Source: Vibrio vulnificus CMCP6 (GTDB lineage Bacteria > Pseudomonadota > Gammaproteobacteria > Enterobacterales > Vibrionaceae). Taken from it: 32,000 nt of DNA. How positions within the stretch are numbered: the first letter of the stretch is position 1; each line of letters opens with the position of its first letter. The stretch spans positions 2,956,104-2,988,103 of the forward strand of contig NC_004459.3 of assembly GCF_000039765.1 (NCBI RefSeq). Direction: 5' to 3'. The notes under the pieces are model-generated. The model was not told the origin of the DNA, made no database searches, and saw nothing but the letters and a program-made list of their open reading frames with translations. This document shows positions 1-9,947 of the stretch, piece by piece. Made by a program: the position numbers and the translations under genes.

Positions 1-985
1 CAATCGAGTCACACAACTTTATCGCGCATCACGCCACTACCAAGTCTTTTTTGCAGCATTACTGGGCGCTCTGCCCGGTTGTGGCGGCGCTATTGTTGTC
101 ACAACGCAATTCATCAGCGGCCGAGTTGGCTTTGGAGCGATTGTGGCCGTGCTAACCTCAACCATGGGCGACGCTGCCTTTCTGCTGCTCGCCGCCAAAC
201 CCGTGACTGGACTCGGCGTTATTGCGTTGGGCATTGCAGTCGGAACCCTTTCTGGCATGGTGGTGAACGCATTCCATAGCGACGATTTTTTACGGCCCAA
301 AGTGAGCGATGAACCTAACCAACCACATTGTTGCCAAAACAAGCAAAACACTCACACCCCACTTGAACAGCGAGCCATTAACTTACAGGGCGCGTTTTGG
401 AAATGGCTTCTGATACCTGCCGCGGGCGTCGCTCTGCTTGGTTCGTTTCAAGTGGATGTGAATTTGCTGCTTGGTCTTGAGGAAAACACCATCGAATGGA
501 TGGGCGCGATTTTCGCCGTCACCAGCATGTTCCTTTGGGCATTGACCAAAGAGCTCGGCAGCTATCAATCCGCCGTCTCTGAAGACGAAAAGATCATCGA
601 CTCCCATCCGATTCAAAAAGCCGCCCAAGACACGAATTTCGTCAGTGCTTGGGTGATTTTGGCCTTTCTCGTCTTTGAGCTGACTCGCTATTTTTCTGGA
701 CTGAATTTACAGGTGACGTTCTCAGGATGGGGCGTATGGATGCCACTCATCGGGGTTGCCGTGGGAATGTTGCCCGGATGCGGGCCACAAATTCTCATGA
801 CCAGCTTATATCTCTCCGGTGCCGCTCCGCTCTCCGCGCAGCTCGCTAACGCGATTTCAAACGATGGTGACGCGCTCTTCCCTGCCATTGCAATGGCACC
901 GAAAGCGGCTTTGGTCGCGACGATTTACTCCGCCATTCCTGCGTTTATTGTGGGTTATGGTTATTTCTTCCTGTTTGAATATTAG
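1..985 (+). CDS. Polytopic membrane protein, ArsP_2 / putative manganese (heavy-metal) transporter family; 5' end outside window
   Basis: Frame 2 is open from base 2 into the listed ORF 143..985, so the gene starts upstream of the window. The sequence is TM-rich, with an internally duplicated LPGCG motif (LPGCGGAIVV near nt 71-100 and LPGCGPQILM near nt 770-800). A Cys/His-containing loop (QPHCCQNKQNTH) separates the two halves. Family assignment is from memory of this repeat architecture. Confidence 0.6.
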   Translation, partial: NRVTQLYRASRHYQVFFAALLGALPGCGGAIVVTTQFISGRVGFGAIVAVLTSTMGDAAFLLLAAKPVTGLGVIALGIAVGTLSGMVVNAFHSDDFLRPKVSDEPNQPHCCQNKQNTHTPLEQRAINLQGAFWKWLLIPAAGVALLGSFQVDVNLLLGLEENTIEWMGAIFAVTSMFLWALTKELGSYQSAVSEDEKIIDSHPIQKAAQDTNFVSAWVILAFLVFELTRYFSGLNLQVTFSGWGVWMPLIGVAVGMLPGCGPQILMTSLYLSGAAPLSAQLANAISNDGDALFPAIAMAPKAALVATIYSAIPAFIVGYGYFFLFEY

Positions 986-1030
986 TTTGTACAAAGCAAA
1001 CAACCGTCAAACACCCCATCATCTCAACGG

Positions 1031-1060
1031 AAAAGAGCCTCTATAACGTGAGGCTCTTGT
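1031..1060. terminator. Hairpin between convergent genes (possible bidirectional terminator)
   Basis: AAGAGCCTC (1033-1041) / GAGGCTCTT (1050-1058) with an 8-nt loop. It is flanked by an A-run on the left and a T-rich stretch on the right, and sits between the stop at 985 (+) and the stop at 1087 (-). Confidence 0.5.
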
Positions 1061-1086
1061 CTGGATATGCTTACGACTAAGCGCGC

Positions 1087-2826
1087 TTACGCTGTGACGA
1101 TGGCTTTGGCATTCAAGCCTGGATTTAATTGGGTCACAAACAACTGGCAAGGCTCATCACTTAAGCGTTCTTGTGTCCAGTAGTCGTACCAATGCACTGG
1201 CGTATCAGAGATCAACGTAAACTCTTTGTCTTGCTGGCCGTCATAATTGAACAAACAGTGCAGATCGTTTTTCTCGGTTAGCTTCAAGAAGGCGTGGTTG
1301 AGACTGAACGCGGTAAATTTCGCCGCATTCTGATTGTGCTTTTGACGAACCATCAATTTGGCAAGACAAGATTTGGCGAATGGCGTGATCTCTGGAAGTG
1401 GATCGCCCGACAGCAGCAGCCCGCCACACGCAAGTAGGACATTGCGGTGAAATTCATATTCTTGCCTTTGCGCACCTTGGTTAGGTAGCGAAGTGAACGT
1501 TGCGCAGTCAGGATCAATCTGCCAAAGTTTTCGATGCTGCCAACTGCGGTAGAAGGTCTCTTTGGCAATTTGTTCGAAGCGATGTGCGTGGCGCTCAACG
1601 TCATCCGAAACGCGCATGGCATCAACCAATCCTAAAGAGGGCCACATAGGTGCGTTACAACCAAGTAGCCACGCTTCGCCCGCTCCTTGAGCAATGGCTT
1701 CCATTCCGAGTCGATACGCTTCAACACCTGTTATGCCTTTTTGGTAACGCTGCCCTTTTAGCGTTCCCCAATAGTTAGCGTCCAATTTAAAGAGCTCTAC
1801 GCCCCACTCTTCTCGCATGGTTTTTACCACATGAGTTAGATGCTCCTGCACTTCAGGATGTGATGTATCAAGGATATACCAAGGTGTACAGCGCCAACCG
1901 CCATAAGTGATGTCCTCTGCTTTTAGCAGTGAGCCATCCTGATGTTTAACAAACCATTCGGGATGCTTACGAAAGATCTCTGATTCAGGCTGAGCAATAA
2001 AGGGCGCCAGCCAAATCGCTGGTTTTTTGCCACTCGCTCGAATTTGTGCAATCAGTTGTTTGACTCCCCCTGAAAACTTGTCAGAAGGAGTAAGCCAATC
2101 GCCCATAAAGGCCTGATAGCCATCATCAAGTAAGACCCACTCCAGCGCCTCTAAGCTGCCCTGCATCTGCTCGACATTCGCTAAGATATTTTGCTGGCTC
2201 ACATCGGCATAATAGGCATACCAAGAACACCAACCTACTGGCGAATTCTGCTCCACCCCTGCTCTGATCGGATGATGAACCGCAATATGTTGCGCAAACT
2301 CAGCATAGAGCTCAGACAAAGACTCTCCTTCCAACAGCACCACAGATTCCAGCGTATTGGTTTCCCAATCTTGGATTTCCGTCTGTTCGCCATCAAGATA
2401 AGCGACAACATGCCAGTGGTTACCCGCCTGTTCCAGCTCAAAATAGCCAGCGAAGCGCCGGCATGAGGTAAAACCAAACAAGGTGTAACCCTGTGATTCC
2501 TCAATCACTAAGTAATTGTAGTAACGCTTAGGCGCATGCTGTGAATAAAGGCGATATTGTGGGTTATTGTCAGGACAACGACCGATGTCGATCACTTGGT
2601 CTCGAGTGCCTGTGGTCTGCGCCAACATTTGAAACCCGTCCCCCAAGAGCTGAGCCTGAGCTTCAAAATTGAAAGGAGTACGAAAAAGTTCAAATCGATC
2701 ATCGATGGTACGGTTGTGCATACCGTGATAGCAGAAGTGAACTTCATTGTTATTTATCGTCACTTCCAGTTCATCATCATTCACCTCGAAAGGGATGTGA
2801 TTGCCTAAGGTATAAGGGCTTTTCAT
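1087..2826 (-). CDS. Glycoside hydrolase family 36-like alpha-galactosidase (cytoplasmic, no signal peptide)
   Basis: 579-aa ORF with the motifs GWCSWYAYY, LDDGYQ, KLDANYWG (K-x-D nucleophile context) and MRVSDD (acid/base context). These are typical of short GH36/GH-D clan alpha-galactosidases such as the Thermotoga GalA type. ATG at 2826. Confidence 0.75.
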   Translation of the reverse strand: MKSPYTLGNHIPFEVNDDELEVTINNNEVHFCYHGMHNRTIDDRFELFRTPFNFEAQAQLLGDGFQMLAQTTGTRDQVIDIGRCPDNNPQYRLYSQHAPKRYYNYLVIEESQGYTLFGFTSCRRFAGYFELEQAGNHWHVVAYLDGEQTEIQDWETNTLESVVLLEGESLSELYAEFAQHIAVHHPIRAGVEQNSPVGWCSWYAYYADVSQQNILANVEQMQGSLEALEWVLLDDGYQAFMGDWLTPSDKFSGGVKQLIAQIRASGKKPAIWLAPFIAQPESEIFRKHPEWFVKHQDGSLLKAEDITYGGWRCTPWYILDTSHPEVQEHLTHVVKTMREEWGVELFKLDANYWGTLKGQRYQKGITGVEAYRLGMEAIAQGAGEAWLLGCNAPMWPSLGLVDAMRVSDDVERHAHRFEQIAKETFYRSWQHRKLWQIDPDCATFTSLPNQGAQRQEYEFHRNVLLACGGLLLSGDPLPEITPFAKSCLAKLMVRQKHNQNAAKFTAFSLNHAFLKLTEKNDLHCLFNYDGQQDKEFTLISDTPVHWYDYWTQERLSDEPCQLFVTQLNPGLNAKAIVTA

Positions 2827-3062
2827 GAAATCTGCTCACTGTGTTTTTCTTGTATTATCAGTCAATAGCAGCACTACAAATCGTTATCTTCATCACGATT
2901 TGCTGGCAAAGATTTTCAAATTGCCTATCAAATTGAGAATAACTCAGCACCGAAGAGTAAATTTTCCCTAACGAATTGTTATTTATAAAATTTCCGCTTG
3001 GCACAAGCTTTGCGTACAACCTTAAAGCAAGCAAAAAAACGACACTAAGATGGGACGATAGC

Positions 3063-3980
3063 ATGATGACAAGCCAACCCGATCATCAAACACGATTATC
3101 AGCGCCAATCATTTTTATCGGTCCCGGCCGTTCAGGCTCGACCGTTATTTCTGAGTTTGTTATGGCTCATCACAGCCTTGGCTGGCCAGACAATTACTGC
3201 GAGTGGTTTCCGGCTCTACCATCACTTGCTTGGCTCACCCGACTCACCAATAACTCACTTTGGCACCTATCCGGCGAAAAAGCGCAGCTTAATCGCACGT
3301 TACCGCTCAATAACTTGCTCCCCAGACCCGCTGAAGCATGGCCCTTGTGGCAAAAGATCACTCGTGATGAGGTCGATTTTAGCCGCGGATTTTTGCTTCA
3401 CCAGAGAGCCAGTGCAGAGGAGAAGCAACGGATTCGTCGTTATTTAAATCAGCATTTGCGAGCACAAGGCAAACCGCGTTTAGCAATGAAATTTACTGGC
3501 CCAGGACGTGTCGAGTATTTGTCCAGTATATTCCCAGACGCGTTGTTTATTAATGTCGTTCGCGAGCCCGTCGCCACCGTCAATTCACTGCTCAAGGTGC
3601 CATTTTGGCAAGCACAGGGGTTACATCAGCTGTGGTGGCGAGGTGCCTACAGCAACCACGAACTCGAAACCTATCAGCAAATTCGTCACGACCCGGTATG
3701 CAGCACCGCATTTCAACTGAGTAAAATCCTGAAAACCACCGAGGAGGAAATCGCACGAACAAAAGTAAAATCGTTGACGGTTCACTACGAGGACTTTGTT
3801 CGAGATCCGCAGTTTATCGTCCATCAAATTATGCATTTTTGTCACCTTCCCCCTTGCGAAAGAGTGCGCAACAAACTGAGAAACAGTCCCATTAGGGATC
3901 AAAACAAAGCAGCAAAAGTGAGTGGTATCGCGAAAAGAGTATCCGCTTGGTGTGAAAACGAAAAGACCCTCGAATCCTGA
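3063..3980 (+). CDS. Sulfotransferase family protein (PAPS-dependent type, cytosolic)
   Basis: The ORF track starts at TTG 2976 with no SD. I prefer ATG 3063 (MMTSQPDH...). It carries a 5'-PSB-like P-loop FIGPGRSGSTVISE and a later VVREPVATVNS (3'-PB-like). No signal peptide. Confidence 0.7.
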   Translation: MMTSQPDHQTRLSAPIIFIGPGRSGSTVISEFVMAHHSLGWPDNYCEWFPALPSLAWLTRLTNNSLWHLSGEKAQLNRTLPLNNLLPRPAEAWPLWQKITRDEVDFSRGFLLHQRASAEEKQRIRRYLNQHLRAQGKPRLAMKFTGPGRVEYLSSIFPDALFINVVREPVATVNSLLKVPFWQAQGLHQLWWRGAYSNHELETYQQIRHDPVCSTAFQLSKILKTTEEEIARTKVKSLTVHYEDFVRDPQFIVHQIMHFCHLPPCERVRNKLRNSPIRDQNKAAKVSGIAKRVSAWCENEKTLES

Positions 3981-3985
3981 GGGTC
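3965..3985 (-). terminator. Candidate terminator for the porin gene (overlaps the sulfotransferase stop)
   Basis: GACCCTC (3965-3971) / GAGGGTC (3979-3985). Read on the minus strand, the stem is followed by TTTTCGTTTTC. Confidence 0.35.
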
Positions 3986-4069
3986 AAAGAAAAGGCAGTG
4001 GATTATCGCCAAAAAAGCGTCCTGCTTTAAATGGCCCGCAATGCAGGCCATAAATTGCTAAGGAAGTTC

Positions 4070-5059
4070 TTAGAAGTCGTAAGCAACTTTGAAGAATGCT
4101 GCTAGATCATCGCTGTTGTTGTCATCAGACAAATCAACTTTGATGTCAACAAGTGCAGACAGCTTGTTAGTGAACTGGTAAGAACCACCGAAGTTAGTCC
4201 ACTCTGAATCTACACCATTTGATTCGTATGCTTCTTGATTTGCGTAACCGATAGCTAGGTATAGCTTATCGATTGTGTAGCCTGCAGATGCGCTGTAAAG
4301 CATAGACTCATCACCGTTGAAACGCTCGTGGTTCGCAACATTCGCGCCGATAGCTAGATCACCGAAAGTCACCACACCGTTCACTAGGTAGATTTGCTCG
4401 ATGTCAGTGCCACCAGCTTTCTCGTCGTTCTTCTCGTAACCAGCGTTAACTTGGAACTGTTCATTTTTGAAACCAACATAGCCGTTGAAACCACGTTGAC
4501 CAGATGCGTCTGCTTCGCGGTCACCGTAGTAAGCGATGCCGTATTTGAAGCCTTCTTTCATGCCTTCAAATTTGATCACTTGGTTTACGTCAGAAGCGTC
4601 AGATGCAGATGCACCGTACTCGATAGTTAGATCCGCTGCACCATCTACTGCATCAAGTGCAGAGTCGTTTGCGTAACCGATAGACGCTACGCCAAAACCG
4701 GTTTTGTAACCAACCCAAGTGTCGATCACAGAGAACTTAGCATCCATTGAAGAGTAGTTTTCAGCTAGATCGAATTCACCTGCAAACTGACCGATTACGT
4801 TGCCTTTTTGGTAGTTGATGAATAGATCAAAACCAGTTACATCGTAGTTGTGAAATTCTTTTTTCTCGCCGTTTACTTTACGACCTTCTAGGTACTCACC
4901 ACCGACAGCCACTTGACCACCAACAGAGAATTCTTCGCCAGAAAGGATTAGGTCGATCATTGACTCACGAGCACGCTCAGAAACGTTTTGGTTTACGTCT
5001 GCTGCGATCGCAGAACCAGCAACAAGAGATAGCGCCACCGCTAATACTGTTTTTTTCAT
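4070..5059 (-). CDS. Outer-membrane porin (general Gram-negative porin fold)
   Basis: Signal peptide MKKTVLAVALSLVAGSAIA|AD, alternating beta-strand pattern rich in G/Y/N/D, and C-terminal ...KVAYDF ending in Phe (the OMP sorting signature). Confidence 0.8.
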   Translation of the reverse strand: MKKTVLAVALSLVAGSAIAADVNQNVSERARESMIDLILSGEEFSVGGQVAVGGEYLEGRKVNGEKKEFHNYDVTGFDLFINYQKGNVIGQFAGEFDLAENYSSMDAKFSVIDTWVGYKTGFGVASIGYANDSALDAVDGAADLTIEYGASASDASDVNQVIKFEGMKEGFKYGIAYYGDREADASGQRGFNGYVGFKNEQFQVNAGYEKNDEKAGGTDIEQIYLVNGVVTFGDLAIGANVANHERFNGDESMLYSASAGYTIDKLYLAIGYANQEAYESNGVDSEWTNFGGSYQFTNKLSALVDIKVDLSDDNNSDDLAAFFKVAYDF

Positions 5060-5471
5060 TTTTATTTTGTCCTATCAATTTTATAGATTTTTTCACCACT
5101 CGACTTAGCCCGTAAGCGTCAGCCGTTGCGGCGAAATTATTCTCAAAGACAAAACTTTCCTAATAAAACATTACAAATAGATATAAATTACAACCACTAG
5201 AGCAAGGAAATTTTTCTAAAAAACAATGAAAAACGCGCTCTATTTAATCGATTAACTGTGTTTTTAGCGAACGCAATCACAAAAACAGCCAATAATTCAC
5301 AAAAAAGTATAAATCTAAAATCAGCATATAAATTTTCAGTTTTAATCACTTTCAATGACACCCCACCAAATACAAGCGAAAAAAACCGCACCAAAACGCT
5401 CACAAAGCATACAGACCAACCAATTACTCAGCGTCTAATTTAACTCTTTATTTAGCATTAAAAATACGTTT

Positions 5472-5804
5472 CTAGGACTGCGGCGTCTTCTTATAACGTA
5501 TATAGGTATCGGTACTTTGATCATAGATGTATGTGTTTATGTTCGGACTGTTCCAGCCGCAAATAGAGTGAACGGATATAGGCAAACGCTCATCTGAACT
5601 TGTTTCCACTTCGTGAATACGGGGAACATTAGTTAGCTCACAACTGATGGAGCTGAGCATATCTGAGACTTCTTTACCACCTTGTGTCGGTAATGTGGCG
5701 CCCCATACCTTGAGTTTATTGTTCTTCCATTGAACAAAAAGGAACTGGTTAACATGGAAATTTTGACCAAAAATATCTCCTGGCAATTTCGAACGAATGG
5801 TCAT
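5472..5804 (-). CDS. Hypothetical protein (possibly the C-terminal part of a frameshifted gene)
   Basis: 110-aa ORF whose ATG (5802-5804) overlaps the stop of the upstream ORF in an ATGA arrangement. AT-rich context, no recognisable motif. Confidence 0.4.
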   Translation of the reverse strand: MTIRSKLPGDIFGQNFHVNQFLFVQWKNNKLKVWGATLPTQGGKEVSDMLSSISCELTNVPRIHEVETSSDERLPISVHSICGWNSPNINTYIYDQSTDTYIRYKKTPQS

Positions 5805-6049
5805 AGAGGGAAAAGAAAACTCCCTTTTTTATTCCCTTCGTAAAACAACTCTCGAACAACCGTCATCCCTTCCTGTGGCACTCCTTCAAGCATGATCACC
5901 CCATGCACTTCTGGAGACATCTCAACATCATATTTTTTAAATGGCCAAAACATGGCATTTGCTCCTGACGAAAAAGCCCCTAACGAAAACCGCACAAAAC
6001 CAATAGCAGCGCGACTCTTTGAGCCATAGCCCCACTTTATTGAGTACAT
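5801..6049 (-). CDS. Hypothetical protein (possibly the N-terminal part of a frameshifted gene; more plausible start at ATG 5953)
   Basis: 82-aa ORF. The internal Met at 5953 gives MFWPFKKYDVEMSPEVHGVIMLEGVPQEGMTVV...GSFLFPL, a beta-sandwich-like G-x-F-x-F-P pattern that ends abruptly at the stop 5801-5803. Confidence 0.35.
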   Translation of the reverse strand: MYSIKWGYGSKSRAAIGFVRFSLGAFSSGANAMFWPFKKYDVEMSPEVHGVIMLEGVPQEGMTVVRELFYEGNKKGSFLFPL

Positions 6050-6170
6050 CCAGTTGAGATCATATGGAAAACGACAAAACAGCGAGCGTAATTCGCTAGA
6101 AGAAAATAATTTGTGGGAAGGAAATCGAAGAAATATGTAATGGATAATTCAATTTTTGCGTTATCGAAAC

Positions 6171-6199
6171 AAAAAAAGGTCCGGCATGTATGCCAGACC
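6171..6199 (-). terminator. Rho-independent terminator of the tor operon
   Basis: GGTCCGGCAT (6178-6187) / ATGCCAGACC (6190-6199). On the minus-strand RNA this forms a 10-bp stem with one G-U pair, followed by U7 (plus-strand A-run 6171-6177). It lies 27 nt after the torA stop. Confidence 0.75.
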
Positions 6200-6225
6200 T
6201 TTTCTCGTTCATTATCAAGCTGCGA

Positions 6226-8688
6226 TTACGCGACTTCGATTGGACCACCAAATGAGGTGACTGGTGGAACTTTACCAGTGAACTTCTCGAAGTCTACGAT
6301 ACAGGTGTTCGCAGAAGTTGCCTGTGCCAACTCAGAAGAGCCGATGTCTTGAGTCAGTGTGTTTGGATCACCATATGTGTCGATTGCGCCCACTTTCTCG
6401 TTTAGAGGACCGTACCACGCGCCTTCTTCGATACGAATCACGCCACGTGGGTAGCTGTCCGTTAGCACAGCACCAGCAAGAAGCTGACCACGGTCATTAA
6501 ACACGCGTACCAAATCACCCTCTTTGATGCCTTTTGCTTTTGCATCAAGTGGGTTGATGTAGACTGGCTCACGACCTTTTACTGCGTAAGTCGCACGGAA
6601 CTCTTCAGACTCACACATCTGAGAGTGCAGGCGTTTGTCTGGGTGACAAGATTGCAACCAGAACGGATGTTTGTCTGAACCTGGTCCGCCGTGTGAACGT
6701 TCTGATTTCTCGAACCACATTGGGTGCTCTTGGCAGTGTTCGTAACCGTAACGACCGATCTTACGAGACGTGATCTCGATAAAGCCTGAAGGTGTACCCA
6801 GTGGGTTGATTTCAGGGTCTTGACGGAAGTCCGCGTGACGAACCCAAGGTTGACCTTGGCCGAAGTCCAGTACGCTCTTCTCCCAGAACTCATCAAACTC
6901 TGGCATCTCGAACTTGCCTTCGTTCGATTTCTTACAATCGTTGTATAGGCTGCGAATCCAATCCATTTCACTCATACCGCGAGAGTATTCTTCACTGCGG
7001 CCAAAGCGCTCAGTCAATTCCTTCATGATTTGGAAGTCTGGCTTAGATTGGAACAGTGGATCCACCAAACGGTGCATCGCAATCAAACCACGGCTTGAGT
7101 ATGAACCGTATACGTCGATGTCATTGCGTTCCCACTGGGTACATGCTGGTAGCACGATGTCTGAGAAGCGACACGTCGCTGTCCACGCGAAGTCGATCGT
7201 CACAACAGTTTGTAGTTTCTGGAACGCTTGCTTCATGCGGTTGCGATCTTGATGGTGGTGCCATGGGTTACACCCCGAAATGACCATCATCTTGAAGTCT
7301 GGCAGCTTCACTTTGCCACCGTTGTAGTTGATCTCTTTGCCTGGCTCTAGCAGACAGTCGATCCAACGCGCAACAGGGATAGTACGGCTGTAACCATTGA
7401 AGTCATTGTTGTCCCACTTAGGTTTCATGCCTGCATCAAGGTTACGAGGGAAACCACCAGGGCCAGCAAAACCGGTTGAAGGCACACCGATACTTGAGTA
7501 GTGGTGACCATAAGAGATACCACCGCCAGGCAAGCCGATTTGACCAATCATTGCCGCAACAACCGCTGCTGCCCAGTAAGGCTGTTCACCGTGCTCTTGA
7601 CGTTGGATACACCAACCCATCAGGATCTGAGTGCGACCTTTCACAAGCATGCGGGCAAATTCACGGATTTTGTCCGCTTTCACGCCACAAATAGGCGCAG
7701 CCCATTCTGGTGTTTTCTCAACTTTGTCCTTAGTTTTGCCTTGAACGTAGTTGATGAACTCTTCAAAGCCAAGACAGTAAGTTTCGATGAACTTCTTATC
7801 GTATAGGTTTTCAGTGTAGAGAACGTGTGCAATCGCCAACATAAACGGTACATCTGTCATTGGGTTGACATACAGATGATCGTTCTCTAAGTAACGCTGT
7901 GTTTTGTTCTTAACCGGGTCAACCGAAATCACGTTGATCTCGCCTTTGGCCACTTTCTCTTTTAGTTGCGCAAGGTAAGCGTAAGATTCATGCGTTTCAC
8001 AGTTCCAACCCACTTGCAGGTTTTTCACTGGGTCGTTCGCCCAAAGAATAATGTTGTCTGCGTTTTCTAGAATCTCAGACCAAGACGTGCCTTGTGCGTA
8101 TACTTCTGTAGAACCTAGCACGTATGGCAGAATCGTTTGACCAGCACCGGTTGAGTAATCACCCACTTTGGTGATGTAGTTACCGTGCATGCCAACAGCG
8201 CGCTGCATATGTGCAGTACAGTTGTTGAATGAACCGGTTTGGTTCCAACCTGTTTGGCCTGCGTGTAGCGCCCAAGGGCCGTACTCTTTTTGTACGCGCT
8301 CTAGCTCACGGTAGAACAGATCCAGCGCTTCATCCCAAGTCACACGTACAAAACGGTTGTTACCGCGCGTATCTGCGCTGTACTTGTGTTTTTTCAGCCA
8401 GTCAAGGCGCACCATTGGGTAACGCACACGTGAAGGGCTGTAGATGATGCCTTTGATGCCGTTTAGCATCTCAGTTGGGTTTTGGTCTAGCTCTATCGGT
8501 TTGATCTCTTGAACTTTACCCGCGTAGATGTGGGCGCGGAACGCGCCCCAGTGAGAACCAGATACTTTCCAAGTTCCTGTTGTTTCTACTGCGTTTGCAG
8601 AAGCCGACGCCAATAAGCTAGGACCGATAACAGAGGCAGCACTTGTGGTTGCTACGCCCTTAAGAAAACTTCTTCTTGTAATAGCCAT
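6226..8688 (-). CDS. torA: Trimethylamine-N-oxide reductase, periplasmic molybdoenzyme TorA
   Basis: 820 aa with the twin-arginine signal [20 protein letters not shown]...ANA. Length and sequence are those of a DMSO-reductase-family molybdopterin enzyme. It sits immediately downstream of torC, with GGAG 8 nt upstream of the ATG. Confidence 0.95.
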   Translation of the reverse strand: MAITRRSFLKGVATTSAASVIGPSLLASASANAVETTGTWKVSGSHWGAFRAHIYAGKVQEIKPIELDQNPTEMLNGIKGIIYSPSRVRYPMVRLDWLKKHKYSADTRGNNRFVRVTWDEALDLFYRELERVQKEYGPWALHAGQTGWNQTGSFNNCTAHMQRAVGMHGNYITKVGDYSTGAGQTILPYVLGSTEVYAQGTSWSEILENADNIILWANDPVKNLQVGWNCETHESYAYLAQLKEKVAKGEINVISVDPVKNKTQRYLENDHLYVNPMTDVPFMLAIAHVLYTENLYDKKFIETYCLGFEEFINYVQGKTKDKVEKTPEWAAPICGVKADKIREFARMLVKGRTQILMGWCIQRQEHGEQPYWAAAVVAAMIGQIGLPGGGISYGHHYSSIGVPSTGFAGPGGFPRNLDAGMKPKWDNNDFNGYSRTIPVARWIDCLLEPGKEINYNGGKVKLPDFKMMVISGCNPWHHHQDRNRMKQAFQKLQTVVTIDFAWTATCRFSDIVLPACTQWERNDIDVYGSYSSRGLIAMHRLVDPLFQSKPDFQIMKELTERFGRSEEYSRGMSEMDWIRSLYNDCKKSNEGKFEMPEFDEFWEKSVLDFGQGQPWVRHADFRQDPEINPLGTPSGFIEITSRKIGRYGYEHCQEHPMWFEKSERSHGGPGSDKHPFWLQSCHPDKRLHSQMCESEEFRATYAVKGREPVYINPLDAKAKGIKEGDLVRVFNDRGQLLAGAVLTDSYPRGVIRIEEGAWYGPLNEKVGAIDTYGDPNTLTQDIGSSELAQATSANTCIVDFEKFTGKVPPVTSFGGPIEVA

Positions 8689-8712
8689 TTAAATTACTCC
8701 ATCCAATGCTTA

Positions 8713-9897
8713 TTAGTGATGACCTTCAGCATAATCTGAAGAGTGCTTCTGTAGATATTTCAAGATCAGTGCTTCGCTATCCGTATCAAGGTTTACGAAC
8801 GCTAGCATGCCGTCAAACATACCTGGCCAAGTATTGGCATCGAAGTGCGCTTCTGCAGGTTGTGTGTGACACACTGAACAGTTTGTTTTGTATGCTTCAC
8901 GAGATTTTTCCCATACTGGGTTGATATCGTTCAGCATTGACTCTTTCTTGATCCAAACTTTCGCGGCCACTTTTTCCCATGGAAGACCAGTCAGCTCATC
9001 CACTTTCTCTTCACCAGTGGTGACAATCTTGTCATCCATAGACGCTTCTTTTAGTAGCGAAGCCACTGCGATGTTCTTGCCGAAATCTTCTTGGATTACA
9101 CGACCAAAGCCTTTTGCTTTACGCCAGCCGTCGATCTCGATTTCGACATAATCGCCTTTGTCTTCCAATACTTTTACGGTAGACGCAGGGTTCAATAGAC
9201 CCGCTTCGGTTTGACCTTGTGCATCAAAGTAGATTGGTAGGTGACGAACACTCACGAGCTCTTTACCCACAGAGTAATCGGTATTGGATGCCATCTGCTC
9301 TAGATCACCCACGATGCCGCCAATGCTATCCATACCTGCTGGTAGTTTGTGTGCGATACCTTTGTGACAATCAACACAGCTTTGATCTTTCTCTGCCGCT
9401 TGCTTCATTTGGATGCGAGCTGTTGGAGACATTTGCTCGAAATCCATCGAGTCGTAGTTATGACAGTTTTTACATTCAAGGGACTTGTTGGCTGAGAAGC
9501 GATCCCATTCGTGTTTTGCTAGCTCGATACGGCGAGCTTCGAAAACGCCCGGTTCATCGTAGTTGCCAAATACTTGCGCAAAAACTTCTTTAGACGCCTG
9601 CATTTTACGTGCAATTTTGTCCGTCCAGTTGTGGGGTACGTGGCAGTCAGGACAGGTCGCGCGAACACCTGAGTGGTTTTTCCAGTGCACAGTGTCTTGC
9701 AGTTCTTGGTACACATTGTCACGCATGGTGTGACAACTGATACAAAACTCTTCGGTGTTAGTCGCTTCCAACGCGGTATTAAAACCACCCCAGAAAATCA
9801 CACCGGCAATGAAGCCGCCCACGGTCAGCACACCAAGGCTGATATGAACTGCTGGGCGCGTTACAGTACGCCACAATTTAATGATCAATGATTTCAT
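8713..9897 (-). CDS. torC: Pentahaem c-type cytochrome TorC (NapC/NirT family plus C-terminal monohaem domain)
   Basis: N-terminal membrane anchor and five CxxCH motifs (CISCH, CPDCH, CKNCH, CVDCH, CSVCH). 394 aa, directly upstream of torA. Confidence 0.93.
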   Translation of the reverse strand: MKSLIIKLWRTVTRPAVHISLGVLTVGGFIAGVIFWGGFNTALEATNTEEFCISCHTMRDNVYQELQDTVHWKNHSGVRATCPDCHVPHNWTDKIARKMQASKEVFAQVFGNYDEPGVFEARRIELAKHEWDRFSANKSLECKNCHNYDSMDFEQMSPTARIQMKQAAEKDQSCVDCHKGIAHKLPAGMDSIGGIVGDLEQMASNTDYSVGKELVSVRHLPIYFDAQGQTEAGLLNPASTVKVLEDKGDYVEIEIDGWRKAKGFGRVIQEDFGKNIAVASLLKEASMDDKIVTTGEEKVDELTGLPWEKVAAKVWIKKESMLNDINPVWEKSREAYKTNCSVCHTQPAEAHFDANTWPGMFDGMLAFVNLDTDSEALILKYLQKHSSDYAEGHH

Positions 9898-9947
9898 TGT
9901 CTGCTCTCTTAAAATCTTTTCAAAAGTGTGGGGATAAGTTCACAGGC

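Noticed and set aside
5197-5443. Two overlapping 61-68-aa ORFs in the region upstream of the porin gene
   Set aside because: The sequence is AT-rich and low-complexity (runs of K/N/F/L), the two are mutually antisense, and there are no start-site signals. The region is better explained as the porin promoter and 5' UTR.
5472-6049. Type II toxin-antitoxin interpretation of the two small ATGA-overlapping ORFs
   Set aside because: Neither product shows an RHH/HTH/AbrB-type DNA-binding N-terminus or any toxin motif I recognise. Both look beta-rich, and the junction reads through sensibly after a 1-nt shift, so a split single gene is more parsimonious. I kept it as a finding under that reading.
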